DNA from: an uncultured Burkholderiales bacterium
GTDB taxonomy: Bacteria; Pseudomonadota; Gammaproteobacteria; Burkholderiales; Burkholderiaceae_C
Reading direction: 5' to 3'
Length of the DNA: 64,000 bases
Assembly: GCA_903838355.1 (NCBI GenBank)
Contig: CAILYC010000001.1
Location: 64,904-128,903 of the forward strand
How positions within the stretch are numbered: the first letter of the stretch is position 1; every line of letters begins with the position of its first letter. The translations under genes and the position numbers were made by a program. Below are positions 45,651-56,210 of this stretch, one piece after another. Below the pieces are notes generated by a model, which saw only the letters and a program-made list of their open reading frames with translations, searched no databases and had not been told where the DNA came from.

Positions 45651-48236
45651 TCAAACGGTTTGAGCCGCTTTTTGAAAACTGTCAATCTTGTCAAAATTGA
45701 GATACTTGTAAATGTTGGCTGAATTTTGATTGATCGCACCCACATTGCTCAAATACTCTTCACGCGTGGGGATGCGTCCGAGCTTGGAGCAAGTGGCGGC
45801 CAACTCAGCAGAGCCCAAATACACAAAGGTATTTTTCCCCAACCGGTTGGGGAAATTGCGCGTGCTCGTAGACATCACCGTGGCGCCCTCCTTTACCTGG
45901 GCTTGGTTGCCCATGCACAAAGAGCATCCAGGCATTTCCATGCGAGCGCCAGCAGCGCCAAATACACCGTAGTGGCCTTCTTCGGTGAGTTGGTCCTTGT
46001 CCATTTTGGTCGGAGGCGCCATCCAAAGTTTGACGGGGATGTCGTGCAAGCCCTCCAAAACTTTGGAGGCAGCTCTGAAGTGACCAATATTGGTCATGCA
46101 CGAGCCAATGAAGACCTCATCGATCTTGGAGCCCGCCACATCGGACAATGTTTTTGCATCATCTGGATCGTTGGGGCAACACACGATGGGCTCGGTGATC
46201 TCGGACATGTCGATTTCAATGACTGCCGTGTACTGCGCATCCGCATCGGCGCTCAACAACTGGGGATTGGCCAACCAATCCTCCATGGACTTGATACGAC
46301 GGCGCAAAGTGCGAGCATCGCTGTAGCCTTGGGCAATCAAATTTTTGAGCAGCACAATATTGCTGTTCAAGTATTCAATCACAGGCTCCTTGGATAAATG
46401 CACGGTGCAGCCCGCTGAGCTGCGCTCGGCAGAAGCATCGGCCAACTCAAAAGCTTGCTCGACTTTGAGCTCAGACAAGCCTTCGATTTCCAAGATGCGA
46501 CCGGAAAACACATTCTTCTTGTTCTTTTTCTCGACCGTCAAATGGCCTTGCTTGATGGCGTACAAAGGAATGGCATGCACCAAGTCACGCAGGGTGACGC
46601 CAGGCTGCATCTTGCCTTTGAAGCGCACCAGTACCGACTCAGGCATATCAAGCGGCATGACACCCGTGGCGGCGGCAAAAGCCACCAAGCCAGAGCCCGC
46701 AGGAAAGCTCAAGCCAATGGGGAAACGGGTATGTGAGTCAGCCCCGGTGCCCACCGTGTCAGGCAACAACATGCGGTTTAACCAGGAGTGAATGATGCCG
46801 TCGCCAGGCTTCAAGGAGACGCCGCCGCGTGTGCTCATGAAATCGGGCAACTCATGCTGGGTGAGCACATCCACGGGCTTGGGGTAAGCCGCGGTGTGAC
46901 AAAACGACTGCATGACCAAATCGGCACTGAAGCCCAAACAGGCCAAGTCTTTCAATTCGTCACGGGTCATGGGTCCAGTGGTGTCTTGTGAGCCCACCGA
47001 CATCATGCGCGGCTCGCAATAGGTTCCTGGCAACACGCCTTTGCCTTCAGGCAAGCCACAAGCACGACCGACGATTTTTTGTGCAAGCGTGAAACCCGTC
47101 TTCAAAGCCTCTGGGGGACTGGGCAATCTGAACTGGGTGGACGCTGGCAGCCCCAATGCTTCTCGTGCTTTGGCGGTCAAAGATCGACCAATGATGAGAG
47201 GAATGCGCCCGCCGGCTCGAACTTCATCAAAAAGCACATCGCTTTTGATGTGAAACTCAGCGATGACCTTGCCGTCTTTGAGCGCTTTTCCTTCAAAAGG
47301 GCGCAACTCAATTTCGTCGCCCATGTTCATTTGGCTCACATCGAGCTCAATGGGCAAAGCGCCCGAGTCTTCCATGGTGTTGTAGAAAATAGGGGCAATT
47401 TTGTTGCCCAAACACACCCCACCAAAACGCTTGTTGGGCACAAAGGGGATGTCTTCGCCGGTGAACCACAGCACCGAGTTGGTCGCAGATTTGCGACTCG
47501 AACCCGTTCCCACCACATCGCCAACATAGGCCACCAAATGGCCTCTGGCGCGCAAATCTTCAATGAATTTGATGGGCCCGCGTTTGCCGTCCTCTTCAGG
47601 TGTGATGCCATCGCGTTTGTTTTTGAGCATGGCCAAGGCATGCAAGGGGATGTCGGGGCGACTCCACGCATCGGGGGCAGGTGACAAGTCATCGGTATTG
47701 GTCTCGCCCGTCACTTTGAAGACGGTGAGTTTGATGCTCTTGGCCAACTCAGGGTGGCGGGTAAACCATTCCGCTTCGGCCCATGACTTCACCACCTCTT
47801 TGGCGTAGGCGTTGCCGTGTTCGGCTTTCTCTTGGACATCATGGAATTGATCAAACATCAACAAGGTGAATTTGAGGGCATTGGCCGCTTCTTGGGCAAC
47901 TGGCGCTTCTTTGTCATCCAATAGGTCAATCAAGGGTGAGAGGTTGTAGCCCCCGAGCATGGTGCCGAGCAAATGGGTGGCCGCTTGACGGCTCAAAAGT
48001 GGTGTCACTTCAGTGCCTTTGCTCACTTGCGCCAAATAGGCAGCCTTGACCTTGGCCGCATCGTCCACACCCGCGGGAACGCGGTAGGTCATCAAATTGA
48101 CCAACTCGGCTTCTTCGCCCTTGGGGGGATTTTTAAACAAGGCCACCAGCTCAGTGGTTTGCTGAACTGACAAGGGCAAGGGAGGAATTCCCAGGGCCAG
48201 TCTTTCACTGGCGAGTTCACGATAAGCTTTCAACAT
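45651..48236 (-). CDS. acnB: Aconitate hydratase B
   Basis: GETNTDDLSPA, GSSRKSA, QDTTG, DSHTR, GSCMTN, GCSLCMGN. Confidence 0.97.
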   Translation of the reverse strand: MLKAYRELASERLALGIPPLPLSVQQTTELVALFKNPPKGEEAELVNLMTYRVPAGVDDAAKVKAAYLAQVSKGTEVTPLLSRQAATHLLGTMLGGYNLSPLIDLLDDKEAPVAQEAANALKFTLLMFDQFHDVQEKAEHGNAYAKEVVKSWAEAEWFTRHPELAKSIKLTVFKVTGETNTDDLSPAPDAWSRPDIPLHALAMLKNKRDGITPEEDGKRGPIKFIEDLRARGHLVAYVGDVVGTGSSRKSATNSVLWFTGEDIPFVPNKRFGGVCLGNKIAPIFYNTMEDSGALPIELDVSQMNMGDEIELRPFEGKALKDGKVIAEFHIKSDVLFDEVRAGGRIPLIIGRSLTAKAREALGLPASTQFRLPSPPEALKTGFTLAQKIVGRACGLPEGKGVLPGTYCEPRMMSVGSQDTTGPMTRDELKDLACLGFSADLVMQSFCHTAAYPKPVDVLTQHELPDFMSTRGGVSLKPGDGIIHSWLNRMLLPDTVGTGADSHTRFPIGLSFPAGSGLVAFAAATGVMPLDMPESVLVRFKGKMQPGVTLRDLVHAIPLYAIKQGHLTVEKKNKKNVFSGRILEIEGLSELKVEQAFELADASAERSSAGCTVHLSKEPVIEYLNSNIVLLKNLIAQGYSDARTLRRRIKSMEDWLANPQLLSADADAQYTAVIEIDMSEITEPIVCCPNDPDDAKTLSDVAGSKIDEVFIGSCMTNIGHFRAASKVLEGLHDIPVKLWMAPPTKMDKDQLTEEGHYGVFGAAGARMEMPGCSLCMGNQAQVKEGATVMSTSTRNFPNRLGKNTFVYLGSAELAATCSKLGRIPTREEYLSNVGAINQNSANIYKYLNFDKIDSFQKAAQTV

Positions 48237-48245
48237 TTTGATCTC

Positions 48246-49124
48246 CTAGTTAACAACATTGATGGTGTATTGGCTCTCCCCCTTGGGCGCCAGCAAATGC
48301 TGGGGAGGGTGAAGTTTTTGGTTTCTGGCTTCTTGAACTTGACTTGGACTTTGGCAGTCATCGACCAAGCGCTGTCCGAGTTTGCTGTTCAAGAGCATGG
48401 ATTTGTTGGACAACTGGATCCATTTCATCCCCGCCTTGGGGTCTTCAAGCATGATGGCACCGGTTTGCGAGACCATGGGCACCATGCTGTAGACATGCCC
48501 CTTCAGGATCAAGTCGTAATGACCCATTTCACTGGACACTTCTCGCAAATCAATCGACTGGCCGAGCTCACAGGGGAAATGTCCGGTCTGAATTTGCGAG
48601 GCAATGGCCATCAAGGGGTCACCGCCTTGTTTTAAATTTTGGCTTTGCGCTTGATTTTGCATTGGGTTTGAACCATTGGCAGCAGGCGCTGTCACCACCA
48701 CATGGGTCACTGGTGTGAAGGTCAAAACACTGGCGGTGTTGGCTGCCGTGTCCACCGACCCGGGCTGTTTGTAACTTAAAGGGGCGCCAATGGGTGACGC
48801 CGCCAGGGTCGGGGATGCTGGGGGGGGCACCATGGATGCCGAACTCGGGTCATAAGGCTTGGCCAAACCCAGCTCATATGCGTTGGGGATGTGAGCCAAA
48901 GGCGCCGGCGCGACTGGACTCGACTTTTTGGCCAGCGTTTTAGGTGTTTTTTGGGCAGGCCGATGGGACACGCTGCGATCAACCGAACTCTCCAATGCAT
49001 GGACCGGTATGGACAAAGGCACTTGCGATAAAGACCCCTGTGAAAAAAGAGCCGCAAGCCATCCACATGCCCAAAGCAACGGGCTTAGCGTCAGGGCTTG
49101 AGGCGGTTTCGCAATACTGCTCAT
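48246..49124 (-). CDS. Hypothetical exported protein with low-complexity N-part and C-terminal disulfide domain
   Basis: Signal-like N-terminus; CELG..TGA..WIQL.NKSML.N.K.GQRL.DDC. ATGA overlap with the citE-like gene. Confidence 0.7.
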   Translation of the reverse strand: MSSIAKPPQALTLSPLLWACGWLAALFSQGSLSQVPLSIPVHALESSVDRSVSHRPAQKTPKTLAKKSSPVAPAPLAHIPNAYELGLAKPYDPSSASMVPPPASPTLAASPIGAPLSYKQPGSVDTAANTASVLTFTPVTHVVVTAPAANGSNPMQNQAQSQNLKQGGDPLMAIASQIQTGHFPCELGQSIDLREVSSEMGHYDLILKGHVYSMVPMVSQTGAIMLEDPKAGMKWIQLSNKSMLLNSKLGQRLVDDCQSPSQVQEARNQKLHPPQHLLAPKGESQYTINVVN

Positions 49125-50125
49125 GCAGACACCCTCGGGTTAGGCAAGGACTCAAAAAAGACCCTGACCTCTCGGGGCAAGGTGCGGGCCGTGTCATGTG
49201 CGCGCTCGAGAAGCTGCCAATAATAACGATAACTCGCACGGTCATGCAAACGACCCTCATGCCGAATGGGCCCCCAATCGGCCTCTTGGGCTGCCAACAA
49301 AATGGCACCGGCCTCTTGAATGGCATCTTGCGAGGGCGACATGGCCTCGATGATGGGCTCAATTTGCGAGGGGTGGATGCTCCACATGCGGGTGTAGCCC
49401 AGAAGGTTGTGGGCATCGGCCGCACTTCGGGCAATGGAGTCGAGGTCATTGATCTCGGTCACCACTCCGTGTGCAGGGGTCTTGCCATGGGCGTGACAAG
49501 CACTGGCAATTTCCAATTTGGCCCGAACAATCAAGGGATGCTCAAATTGCCCCTTCATGGTCATCCCCCATGCGGGAATGGCCCCAGCATGGGACGACAC
49601 AAAATCCATCAACCCAAAACTCAAAGACTCAACTCTGGGGTGCGCGGCGATGTCAAAAGCTTGTTGCACGGCCTGAGGCGACTCAATGAGGGCATGGATG
49701 GGCAAGTGATGCGCGCCCACCCGATCCAGGACCAACACCACCTTTTGAATGTCCTTGACGTGCTCAACTTTGGGGATCATCACGTGGCTCATCAACGAAC
49801 CGACACGGCCCACAATCAGCTCAACATCTTGTTCAAAATGCGGGTGATCCACCGCATGGAGGCGAGCAGCCACTCGTGCTTTGGGAACACGCTTGGCAAT
49901 CAACTCACTCACCAGCTGCGCGTGATCGCGCTCGCCGCCCACTTGCGCACCATCCTCACAATCCAAGGTGACATCAAAGACACAGGTCCCAAGGGCCTCA
50001 ATCATCTGTGACTGCATCAGCAAGCTCTTTTCCATGCGTGCAAGCACCCCGCTGTAGTGGTCGCACACAGGCAACCGAACACGGGCGGCCTGTGCACCCA
50101 ACAGCACGTCGCGGGGGTGACTCAT
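49121..50125 (-). CDS. HpcH/HpaI aldolase / citrate lyase beta (CitE-like) protein
   Basis: LDCEDGA, IPKVE, ALIES, SFGLMDF, WSIHPSQI. Confidence 0.87.
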   Translation of the reverse strand: MSHPRDVLLGAQAARVRLPVCDHYSGVLARMEKSLLMQSQMIEALGTCVFDVTLDCEDGAQVGGERDHAQLVSELIAKRVPKARVAARLHAVDHPHFEQDVELIVGRVGSLMSHVMIPKVEHVKDIQKVVLVLDRVGAHHLPIHALIESPQAVQQAFDIAAHPRVESLSFGLMDFVSSHAGAIPAWGMTMKGQFEHPLIVRAKLEIASACHAHGKTPAHGVVTEINDLDSIARSAADAHNLLGYTRMWSIHPSQIEPIIEAMSPSQDAIQEAGAILLAAQEADWGPIRHEGRLHDRASYRYYWQLLERAHDTARTLPREVRVFFESLPNPRVSA

Positions 50126-50188
50126 GGTAGTAGCCATAAATGGGCGAGCATGGCTTTTTGTGGACCGATCAAAATTAAAGCATCAGCC

Positions 50189-51175
50189 TCAAATCAAATG
50201 GGCCACACCGGCTTGCTCGTCTTGCAGCTCTTTGAGCGTTTTGTTGATGCAAGTCTGGCTGAATTCGTCAATGGGCAAATTCTCAACCACATGGTATTTC
50301 CCGCCTTCACATGTCACGGGAAAGCCAAACATGGTGTCCTTGGGGATGCCATACCAGCCGTTCGATGGAATACCCATGGTGACCCAGTGACCGTTGGTGC
50401 CCAGGGCCCAGTCGTGCATGTGATCAATGGCCGCATTGGCCGCCGAGGCCGCCGAAGACAATCCACGTGCATCAATGATGGCCGCACCACGTTTGCCCAC
50501 CGTTGGCAAGAACACATTGGCATTCCATTCTTGGTCATTGATCATGTCTTTGACCGGCTTGCCAGCGACCGTGGCAAAACGGTAGTCGGCATACATGCTG
50601 GGGGAATGGTTGCCCCATACGCACAATTTTTCAATGTCCCCCACGGCATGGCCGGTTTTGAGGGCCACTTGGCTTTTCGCACGGTTGTGATCCAAACGCA
50701 GCATGGCGGTGAAATTTTCGCGGGGCAAATCGGGCGCACTCTTCATGGCGATGTAGGCATTGGTGTTGGCGGGGTTGCCCACCACCAAGACGCGAACGTC
50801 TCTTGACGCACTGGCGTTCAAGGCTTTGCCTTGGGCTGTAAAAATTTGCGCATTGGCAGCCAACAAATCCGCACGCTCCATGCCAGGCCCGCGTGGGCGA
50901 GCACCCACGAGCAAGGCGTAGTCGGTGTCTTTGAAGGCTTGGATCGGGTTGTCATAGGCGTGCATATTGGCCAACAAGGGAAATGCACAGTCTTCAAGTT
51001 CCATCATGACGCCCTTGAGCGCTTTTTGCGCCTTTTCGTCAGGAATTTCCAAAAGTTGCAATACCACAGGTTGATCACGCCCCAGCATGGCGCCTGAAGC
51101 AATGCGAAACAACAAAGCATATCCAATTTGACCCGCTGCTCCAGTCACCGCAACGTGCACAGGCTTTTTACTCAT
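50189..51175 (-). CDS. mdh: Malate dehydrogenase
   Basis: [38 protein letters not shown]. Confidence 0.97.
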   Translation of the reverse strand: MSKKPVHVAVTGAAGQIGYALLFRIASGAMLGRDQPVVLQLLEIPDEKAQKALKGVMMELEDCAFPLLANMHAYDNPIQAFKDTDYALLVGARPRGPGMERADLLAANAQIFTAQGKALNASASRDVRVLVVGNPANTNAYIAMKSAPDLPRENFTAMLRLDHNRAKSQVALKTGHAVGDIEKLCVWGNHSPSMYADYRFATVAGKPVKDMINDQEWNANVFLPTVGKRGAAIIDARGLSSAASAANAAIDHMHDWALGTNGHWVTMGIPSNGWYGIPKDTMFGFPVTCEGGKYHVVENLPIDEFSQTCINKTLKELQDEQAGVAHLI

Positions 51176-51261
51176 GAGATCACTCCAATTGAAGAAAAAA
51201 AAGAAATTTTGACCTGATGGTCTTAACCCTTGAGTGTAACGCCAAAAGGCCCACGCGGGGC

Positions 51262-51280
51262 TCTTATGTCTTATAGAAGA
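51262..51280. promoter_or_regulatory. Operator of the GntR-family TCA regulator (SdhR type)
   Basis: TCTTATGTCTTATAGAAGA matches, from memory, the Burkholderiales TCTTATGTCTTATATAAGA motif. Lies between divergent mdh and gntR. Confidence 0.65.
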
Positions 51281-51364
51281 CTGAGATTACAATGCACAGA
51301 TGCCAAGCCGCCTGTTCTATCCAAGCGGCGCGAGAGAAAACTCGATTTTGTCCCACCTTTGACC

Positions 51365-52276
51365 ATGACCGTCCACACCAACACGAACGCCAGCGCCGAC
51401 AGCCTATTGCAAGCCGTGCCCGGCAAGCGCGATGGGGGCCAGCCCGTGAGAGACGACCTGGCGCAAAAGGCCCAGCCGAAAAACAACTTGTCGACAGCTG
51501 CGGCCTCCCAGCTCGGGGAGTTGTTGGCCACACAGCCCCAAACCATCCCCTCCTTTAGCCCGCTTTACCAACAAATCAAAGCCTTGATCTTGCAAAGCTT
51601 GAAGGCGGGTGAGTGGCGTCCTGCCGAGCCGATTCCAAGTGAGACAGAGTTGGCCGCACGTTATCAAGTCAGCCAAGGCACGGTTAGAAAGGCCATCGAC
51701 GAATTGGCGATGGAGAATTTGCTCATCAGAAAACAAGGGGTTGGCACCTTCGTGGCGACCCATCACGAGGAGCGGGTTCAATACCGGTTTTTAAAATTGG
51801 TCCCCGACGGCCAAAACCCTCTCAACCCACCCAGTGCACCCCCGAGTCGCCACATTTTGTGGTGCAAACGGGCCAAAGCAAGCGCGCTGGTCGCTCAAAA
51901 TTTGAACTTAAAACAAGGAGACGGGGTTGTGCACATTCGACGGATTTTGTCGTTTGATGAAAAGGCCACCATTTTGGAGGATCTTTTTTTGCCGCTCAAT
52001 CCATTCAAAGGCCTCAACGCCGAGGAGCTCAGACTCTACCCGGGGCCGACGTATGCTCTTTTTGAAACCACCTACGGCGTTCGCATGGTCAAAGCGCGCG
52101 AGAAAATTCGAGCCGTGAGCGCCAGTGCAAAAGACGCACAGCTTTTGCAAGTGCCTGTGGGAAGCGCCTTGCTAAGCGTGCAGCGTGTGGCTTACACCTA
52201 CCAAGACATCCCCATGGAGTTGCGCAATGCGGTTTATCGCACCGATCACCACCACTACCAAAACGAACTGAACTAA
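51365..52276 (+). CDS. GntR/HutC family transcriptional regulator (SdhR-like)
   Basis: PLYQQIK, PSETELA..VSQGTVRKA, RKQGVGTFV, UTRA C-domain. Start uncertain. Confidence 0.9.
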   Translation: MTVHTNTNASADSLLQAVPGKRDGGQPVRDDLAQKAQPKNNLSTAAASQLGELLATQPQTIPSFSPLYQQIKALILQSLKAGEWRPAEPIPSETELAARYQVSQGTVRKAIDELAMENLLIRKQGVGTFVATHHEERVQYRFLKLVPDGQNPLNPPSAPPSRHILWCKRAKASALVAQNLNLKQGDGVVHIRRILSFDEKATILEDLFLPLNPFKGLNAEELRLYPGPTYALFETTYGVRMVKAREKIRAVSASAKDAQLLQVPVGSALLSVQRVAYTYQDIPMELRNAVYRTDHHHYQNELN

Positions 52277-52435
52277 TTCAAAAGAATTCAAAAAACAAAA
52301 ATCAGCCTCACACTATTTTTATTTTTAAAGCCTTTTGCACCCCATGGATCCATTTCATATTGCATTGCAATAGAATTTTGGAATCTGCAGGGACTTGACT
52401 TTCAATTCCAGCAAAAAACGAGAAAGAGCTTATTT

Positions 52436-52867
52436 ATGACCGAGATTGCCAAAAAACGTCCCGTCTTCAGGAACATCAATGCCTTGAAAGACTTGCCCAC
52501 CTACCGCTTACCCGTTGCCGGTTGGGTGTCAATTTTGCACCGAGTGAGCGGTGCCGTGATGTTCTTGCTGCTGCCAGTGATCATCTGGCTCTTTGACACC
52601 TCGGTGTCTTCAGAGATCTCCTTTTCACGTTTTTCATCGGTCTTTCAAATTGGCGTTGGATTGATTCCAGCGTGGCTCGTGAAATTGGTGGTCTTGGGGC
52701 TCATTTGGTCCTACTTGCACCATTTGTGTGCGGGTGTTCGCCATCTTTATATGGACACCCACCATGCGGTGGACAAGACTTTTGGACATCAAAGTGCCGT
52801 GGTGACCTTGGTGTTGAGCCTGGGACTCACTGTGATCCTTGGGGCCAAGCTTTTTGGCTTGTATTGA
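52436..52867 (+). CDS. sdhC: Succinate dehydrogenase cytochrome b556 subunit
   Basis: SILHRVSG, HHLCAGVRHL. Confidence 0.95.
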   Translation: MTEIAKKRPVFRNINALKDLPTYRLPVAGWVSILHRVSGAVMFLLLPVIIWLFDTSVSSEISFSRFSSVFQIGVGLIPAWLVKLVVLGLIWSYLHHLCAGVRHLYMDTHHAVDKTFGHQSAVVTLVLSLGLTVILGAKLFGLY

Positions 52868-52918
52868 GACCCTCGAGCTTCAGCACCCCTTATTTTTAAG
52901 TTTTCAGGAGAGTTAGAC

Positions 52919-53284
52919 ATGTCAGTCAATTTCGGATCAAAACGCATCGTCGTCGGTGCCCATTACGGCTTGAGGGACTGGTTGGCGCAACGGGTCACAG
53001 CGGCCATCATGGCCTTGTTCACTTTGCTGCTGCTCGCCCAGGTGATTCTCACCAAAGGCGACATCGGTTACGACAAGTGGGCCGGCATTTTCAGCAGCCA
53101 GTGGATGAAAGCGATCACTTTTACCGTGATCTTGTCTTTGGCGTACCACGCTTGGGTGGGCATGCGAGACATTTGGATGGACTACGTCCAGCCTGTGGGA
53201 ATCCGCTTGGTTTTGCAAATTTTTACCCTGGTTTGGCTCATTGCATGCATGGGCTGGGCAATTCAAGTTCTCTGGAGACTTTAA
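52919..53284 (+). CDS. sdhD: Succinate dehydrogenase membrane anchor
   Basis: DWLAQRVTA, HAWVGMRDIWMDY. Confidence 0.95.
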   Translation: MSVNFGSKRIVVGAHYGLRDWLAQRVTAAIMALFTLLLLAQVILTKGDIGYDKWAGIFSSQWMKAITFTVILSLAYHAWVGMRDIWMDYVQPVGIRLVLQIFTLVWLIACMGWAIQVLWRL

Positions 53285-53287
53285 GTT

Positions 53288-55084
53288 ATGAATTCAACAC
53301 ATTCAATGGTTCAGCGCAAATTTGACGTTGTCATTGTGGGCGCGGGCGGCTCAGGCATGCGCGCCTCTCTTCAACTCGCGCGCGCGGGTCTCAATGTGGC
53401 CGTGCTCTCCAAAGTCTTCCCCACTCGATCACACACGGTGGCAGCACAAGGTGGCATTGGCGCCTCTTTGGGCAACATGTCTGAGGACAATTGGCACTAT
53501 CACTTTTACGATACCGTCAAGGGCTCAGACTGGCTCGGCGACCAAGATGCAATTGAGTTCATGTGCCGCGAGGCCCCCCATGCGGTCTACGACTTGGAAC
53601 ACATGGGCATGCCCTTCGATCGCAACGCCGATGGCACCATTTACCAACGCCCTTTTGGTGGACACACTGCCAATTATGGCGAAAAGCCTGTTCAGCGCGC
53701 TTGTGCTGCGGCCGACCGCACGGGCCACGCCATGCTGCACACCCTTTACCAACAAAACGTGCAAGCCAAAACCAGCTTTTTTGTCGAATGGATGGCCCTC
53801 GATATCATCCGTGACCAAGAGGGTGATGTCGTGGGCGTTACCGCTCTGGAGATGGAAACAGGCGAGATGTACATCTTGCAAGCCAAAACAGTGCTGTTGG
53901 CCACGGGTGGCGCAGGTCGCATCTTCAAAGCCTCAACCAACGCCTTCATCAACACCGGAGACGGCCTTGGCATGGCCGCACGCGCAGGCATTCCTTTGGA
54001 AGACATGGAGTTTTGGCAATTTCACCCCACCGGTGTTGCCGGTGCAGGCGTGCTCCTCACCGAAGGCTGCCGTGGAGAAGGTGCCATTTTGCTCAATTCC
54101 AACGGCGAGCGCTTCATGGAGCGTTACGCGCCGACGCTCAAAGACTTGGCGCCCCGCGACTTTGTGTCTCGCTCGATGGACCAAGAAATCAAAGAGGGCC
54201 GAGGCTGCGGCCCCAACAAAGACTATGTGCTCTTGAAGCTCGACCACTTGGGTGCCGAGACCATCATGAAGCGATTGCCTTCGGTGTATGAGATTGGACT
54301 CAATTTCGCCAACGTCGACATCACCAAAGAGGCCATTCCTGTCGTTCCCACCATTCATTACCAAATGGGGGGCATTCCCACCAACATCCATGGCCAAGTC
54401 GTCACCCAATCGGGCAACAACCACAATGAGCCCGTTCAAGGCCTGTATGCCGTGGGCGAGTGCTCCTGCGTCTCGGTGCACGGTGCCAACCGCTTGGGTA
54501 CGAACTCCTTGCTTGACCTCTTGGTGTTTGGCCGCGCAGCGGGCAACCACATCATTGAGTCTCACCGCAACACCAAAAACCACAAACCCCTGCCCAAGGA
54601 CGCAGCAGACCTCACCCGCTCGCGCGTGGCCCGTTTAGAAGCCAACACCAATGGCGAGTACGCCCAAGTGGTGGCCGACGACATTCGCTCGGCCATGCAA
54701 GAGCATGCGGGTGTTTTCCGCACCCAAGCGGTCATGGACGAAGGCGTGCACAAAATCGCAGAGCTCAGGGAACGCACCCAGCACATTGGCCTCAAAGATC
54801 ACTCCAAAGTTTTCAACACGGCCCGCATCGAGGCTTTGGAAGTGGACAATTTGATTGAATGCGCACAGTCCACCATGGTCTCTGCCGCTGCTCGCCATGA
54901 AAGCCGTGGCGCGCACACGGTGGACGACTATGCCGACAGTCCCGCCCACCCCAACGGCAGAAACGACGAAGAGTGGCTCAAACACAGTTTGTGGTACTCA
55001 GAGGGCAACCGCCTGAGCTACAAGCCCGTCAACATGAAGCCCCTCACTGTTGAGAGCATTGAGCTCAAAGTTCGCACCTTCTAA
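53288..55084 (+). CDS. sdhA: Succinate dehydrogenase flavoprotein
   Basis: GAGGSG, RSHTVAAQGG, QFHPT, HGANRLG, ESRGAH. Confidence 0.98.
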   Translation: MNSTHSMVQRKFDVVIVGAGGSGMRASLQLARAGLNVAVLSKVFPTRSHTVAAQGGIGASLGNMSEDNWHYHFYDTVKGSDWLGDQDAIEFMCREAPHAVYDLEHMGMPFDRNADGTIYQRPFGGHTANYGEKPVQRACAAADRTGHAMLHTLYQQNVQAKTSFFVEWMALDIIRDQEGDVVGVTALEMETGEMYILQAKTVLLATGGAGRIFKASTNAFINTGDGLGMAARAGIPLEDMEFWQFHPTGVAGAGVLLTEGCRGEGAILLNSNGERFMERYAPTLKDLAPRDFVSRSMDQEIKEGRGCGPNKDYVLLKLDHLGAETIMKRLPSVYEIGLNFANVDITKEAIPVVPTIHYQMGGIPTNIHGQVVTQSGNNHNEPVQGLYAVGECSCVSVHGANRLGTNSLLDLLVFGRAAGNHIIESHRNTKNHKPLPKDAADLTRSRVARLEANTNGEYAQVVADDIRSAMQEHAGVFRTQAVMDEGVHKIAELRERTQHIGLKDHSKVFNTARIEALEVDNLIECAQSTMVSAAARHESRGAHTVDDYADSPAHPNGRNDEEWLKHSLWYSEGNRLSYKPVNMKPLTVESIELKVRTF

Positions 55085-55123
55085 ATCCACCGACTTCTCA
55101 ACGACTGCCCACTGGAGCCCTCT

Positions 55124-55828
55124 ATGCAAACCCGTACCTTTCAGATCTACCGCTACGATCCAGACAAAGACGCCAAACCCTACATGCAGACCATCCAAAT
55201 CGAGCTCGATGGGCATGAGCGCATGCTGCTCGATGTGCTCATGAAGCTCAAGCAACTCGATCCCAGTATTTCCTTTCGCCGCTCTTGCCGCGAAGGCGTC
55301 TGTGGCTCAGATGCGATGAACATCAACGGCAAGAATGGACTGGCCTGCCTCACCAACATGCTGAGCTTGCCCCAAACCATTGTGCTCAAACCCTTGCCCG
55401 GGCTGCCCGTGGTTCGCGACTTGATTGTGGACATGACGCAGTTTTTCAAGCAATACCATTCCATCAAGCCCTATTTGGTCAACGACACGATACCCCCAGA
55501 GAAGGAGCGCTTACAGTCCCCTGAAGAGCGCGACGAGCTCAATGGCCTTTACGAGTGCATTTTGTGTGCGAGCTGCTCCACGAGCTGCCCCTCGTTTTGG
55601 TGGAACCCTGACAAATTCGTCGGCCCCGCTGGTCTCTTGCAAGCCTACCGTTTCATTGCCGACAGCCGCGATCAAGCCACTGGCGAGCGCTTGGACAACC
55701 TCGAAGATCCCTATCGACTCTTTCGCTGTCACACCATCATGAACTGTGTGGACGTGTGCCCCAAGGGCTTGAACCCCACACAGGCCATTGGCAAGATCAA
55801 AGAGCTGATGGTTCGTCGGGCCATTTAA
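55124..55828 (+). CDS. sdhB: Succinate dehydrogenase Fe-S subunit
   Basis: SCREGVCGSD, CILCASCSTSCP, CHTIMNCVDVCP. Confidence 0.98.
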   Translation: MQTRTFQIYRYDPDKDAKPYMQTIQIELDGHERMLLDVLMKLKQLDPSISFRRSCREGVCGSDAMNINGKNGLACLTNMLSLPQTIVLKPLPGLPVVRDLIVDMTQFFKQYHSIKPYLVNDTIPPEKERLQSPEERDELNGLYECILCASCSTSCPSFWWNPDKFVGPAGLLQAYRFIADSRDQATGERLDNLEDPYRLFRCHTIMNCVDVCPKGLNPTQAIGKIKELMVRRAI

Positions 55829-55859
55829 TAGTTCCCAATAAACTGTCCGCCCTTTTGAC

Positions 55860-56156
55860 ATGAACGTGATCGACAACTTCTTGCAAGACTTGGACCCGAA
55901 AGCACCCTTGGGTATTCGGGAATTCAGCAAGTTGCGCTGGCGCTGTCGGCGTGGTCTACTCGAAAACGACTTGATGATCCAAGCTTTTTTTGAGCAACAC
56001 TCACAAAACTTGACTGTTTCACAGGCCCAAGCTTTGTATGATTTAATGGATCTGTCTGACAATGACTTGTTGGATTTGTTACTCAAAAGAAATGATCTTG
56101 AAGCCTCGTTTTTCACACCTGAGCGACACCAAATTTTGAGCATGCTCAGGCGCTAA
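55860..56156 (+). CDS. sdhE: FAD assembly factor SdhE
   Basis: LRWRCRRGLLENDL, D.DLLD. Confidence 0.9.
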   Translation: MNVIDNFLQDLDPKAPLGIREFSKLRWRCRRGLLENDLMIQAFFEQHSQNLTVSQAQALYDLMDLSDNDLLDLLLKRNDLEASFFTPERHQILSMLRR

Positions 56157-56210
56157 ATTGTTTCAGGCCCAAGGTTTGGGCGCCCCCAATAGACAAAGGA
56201 AAATGCAATC

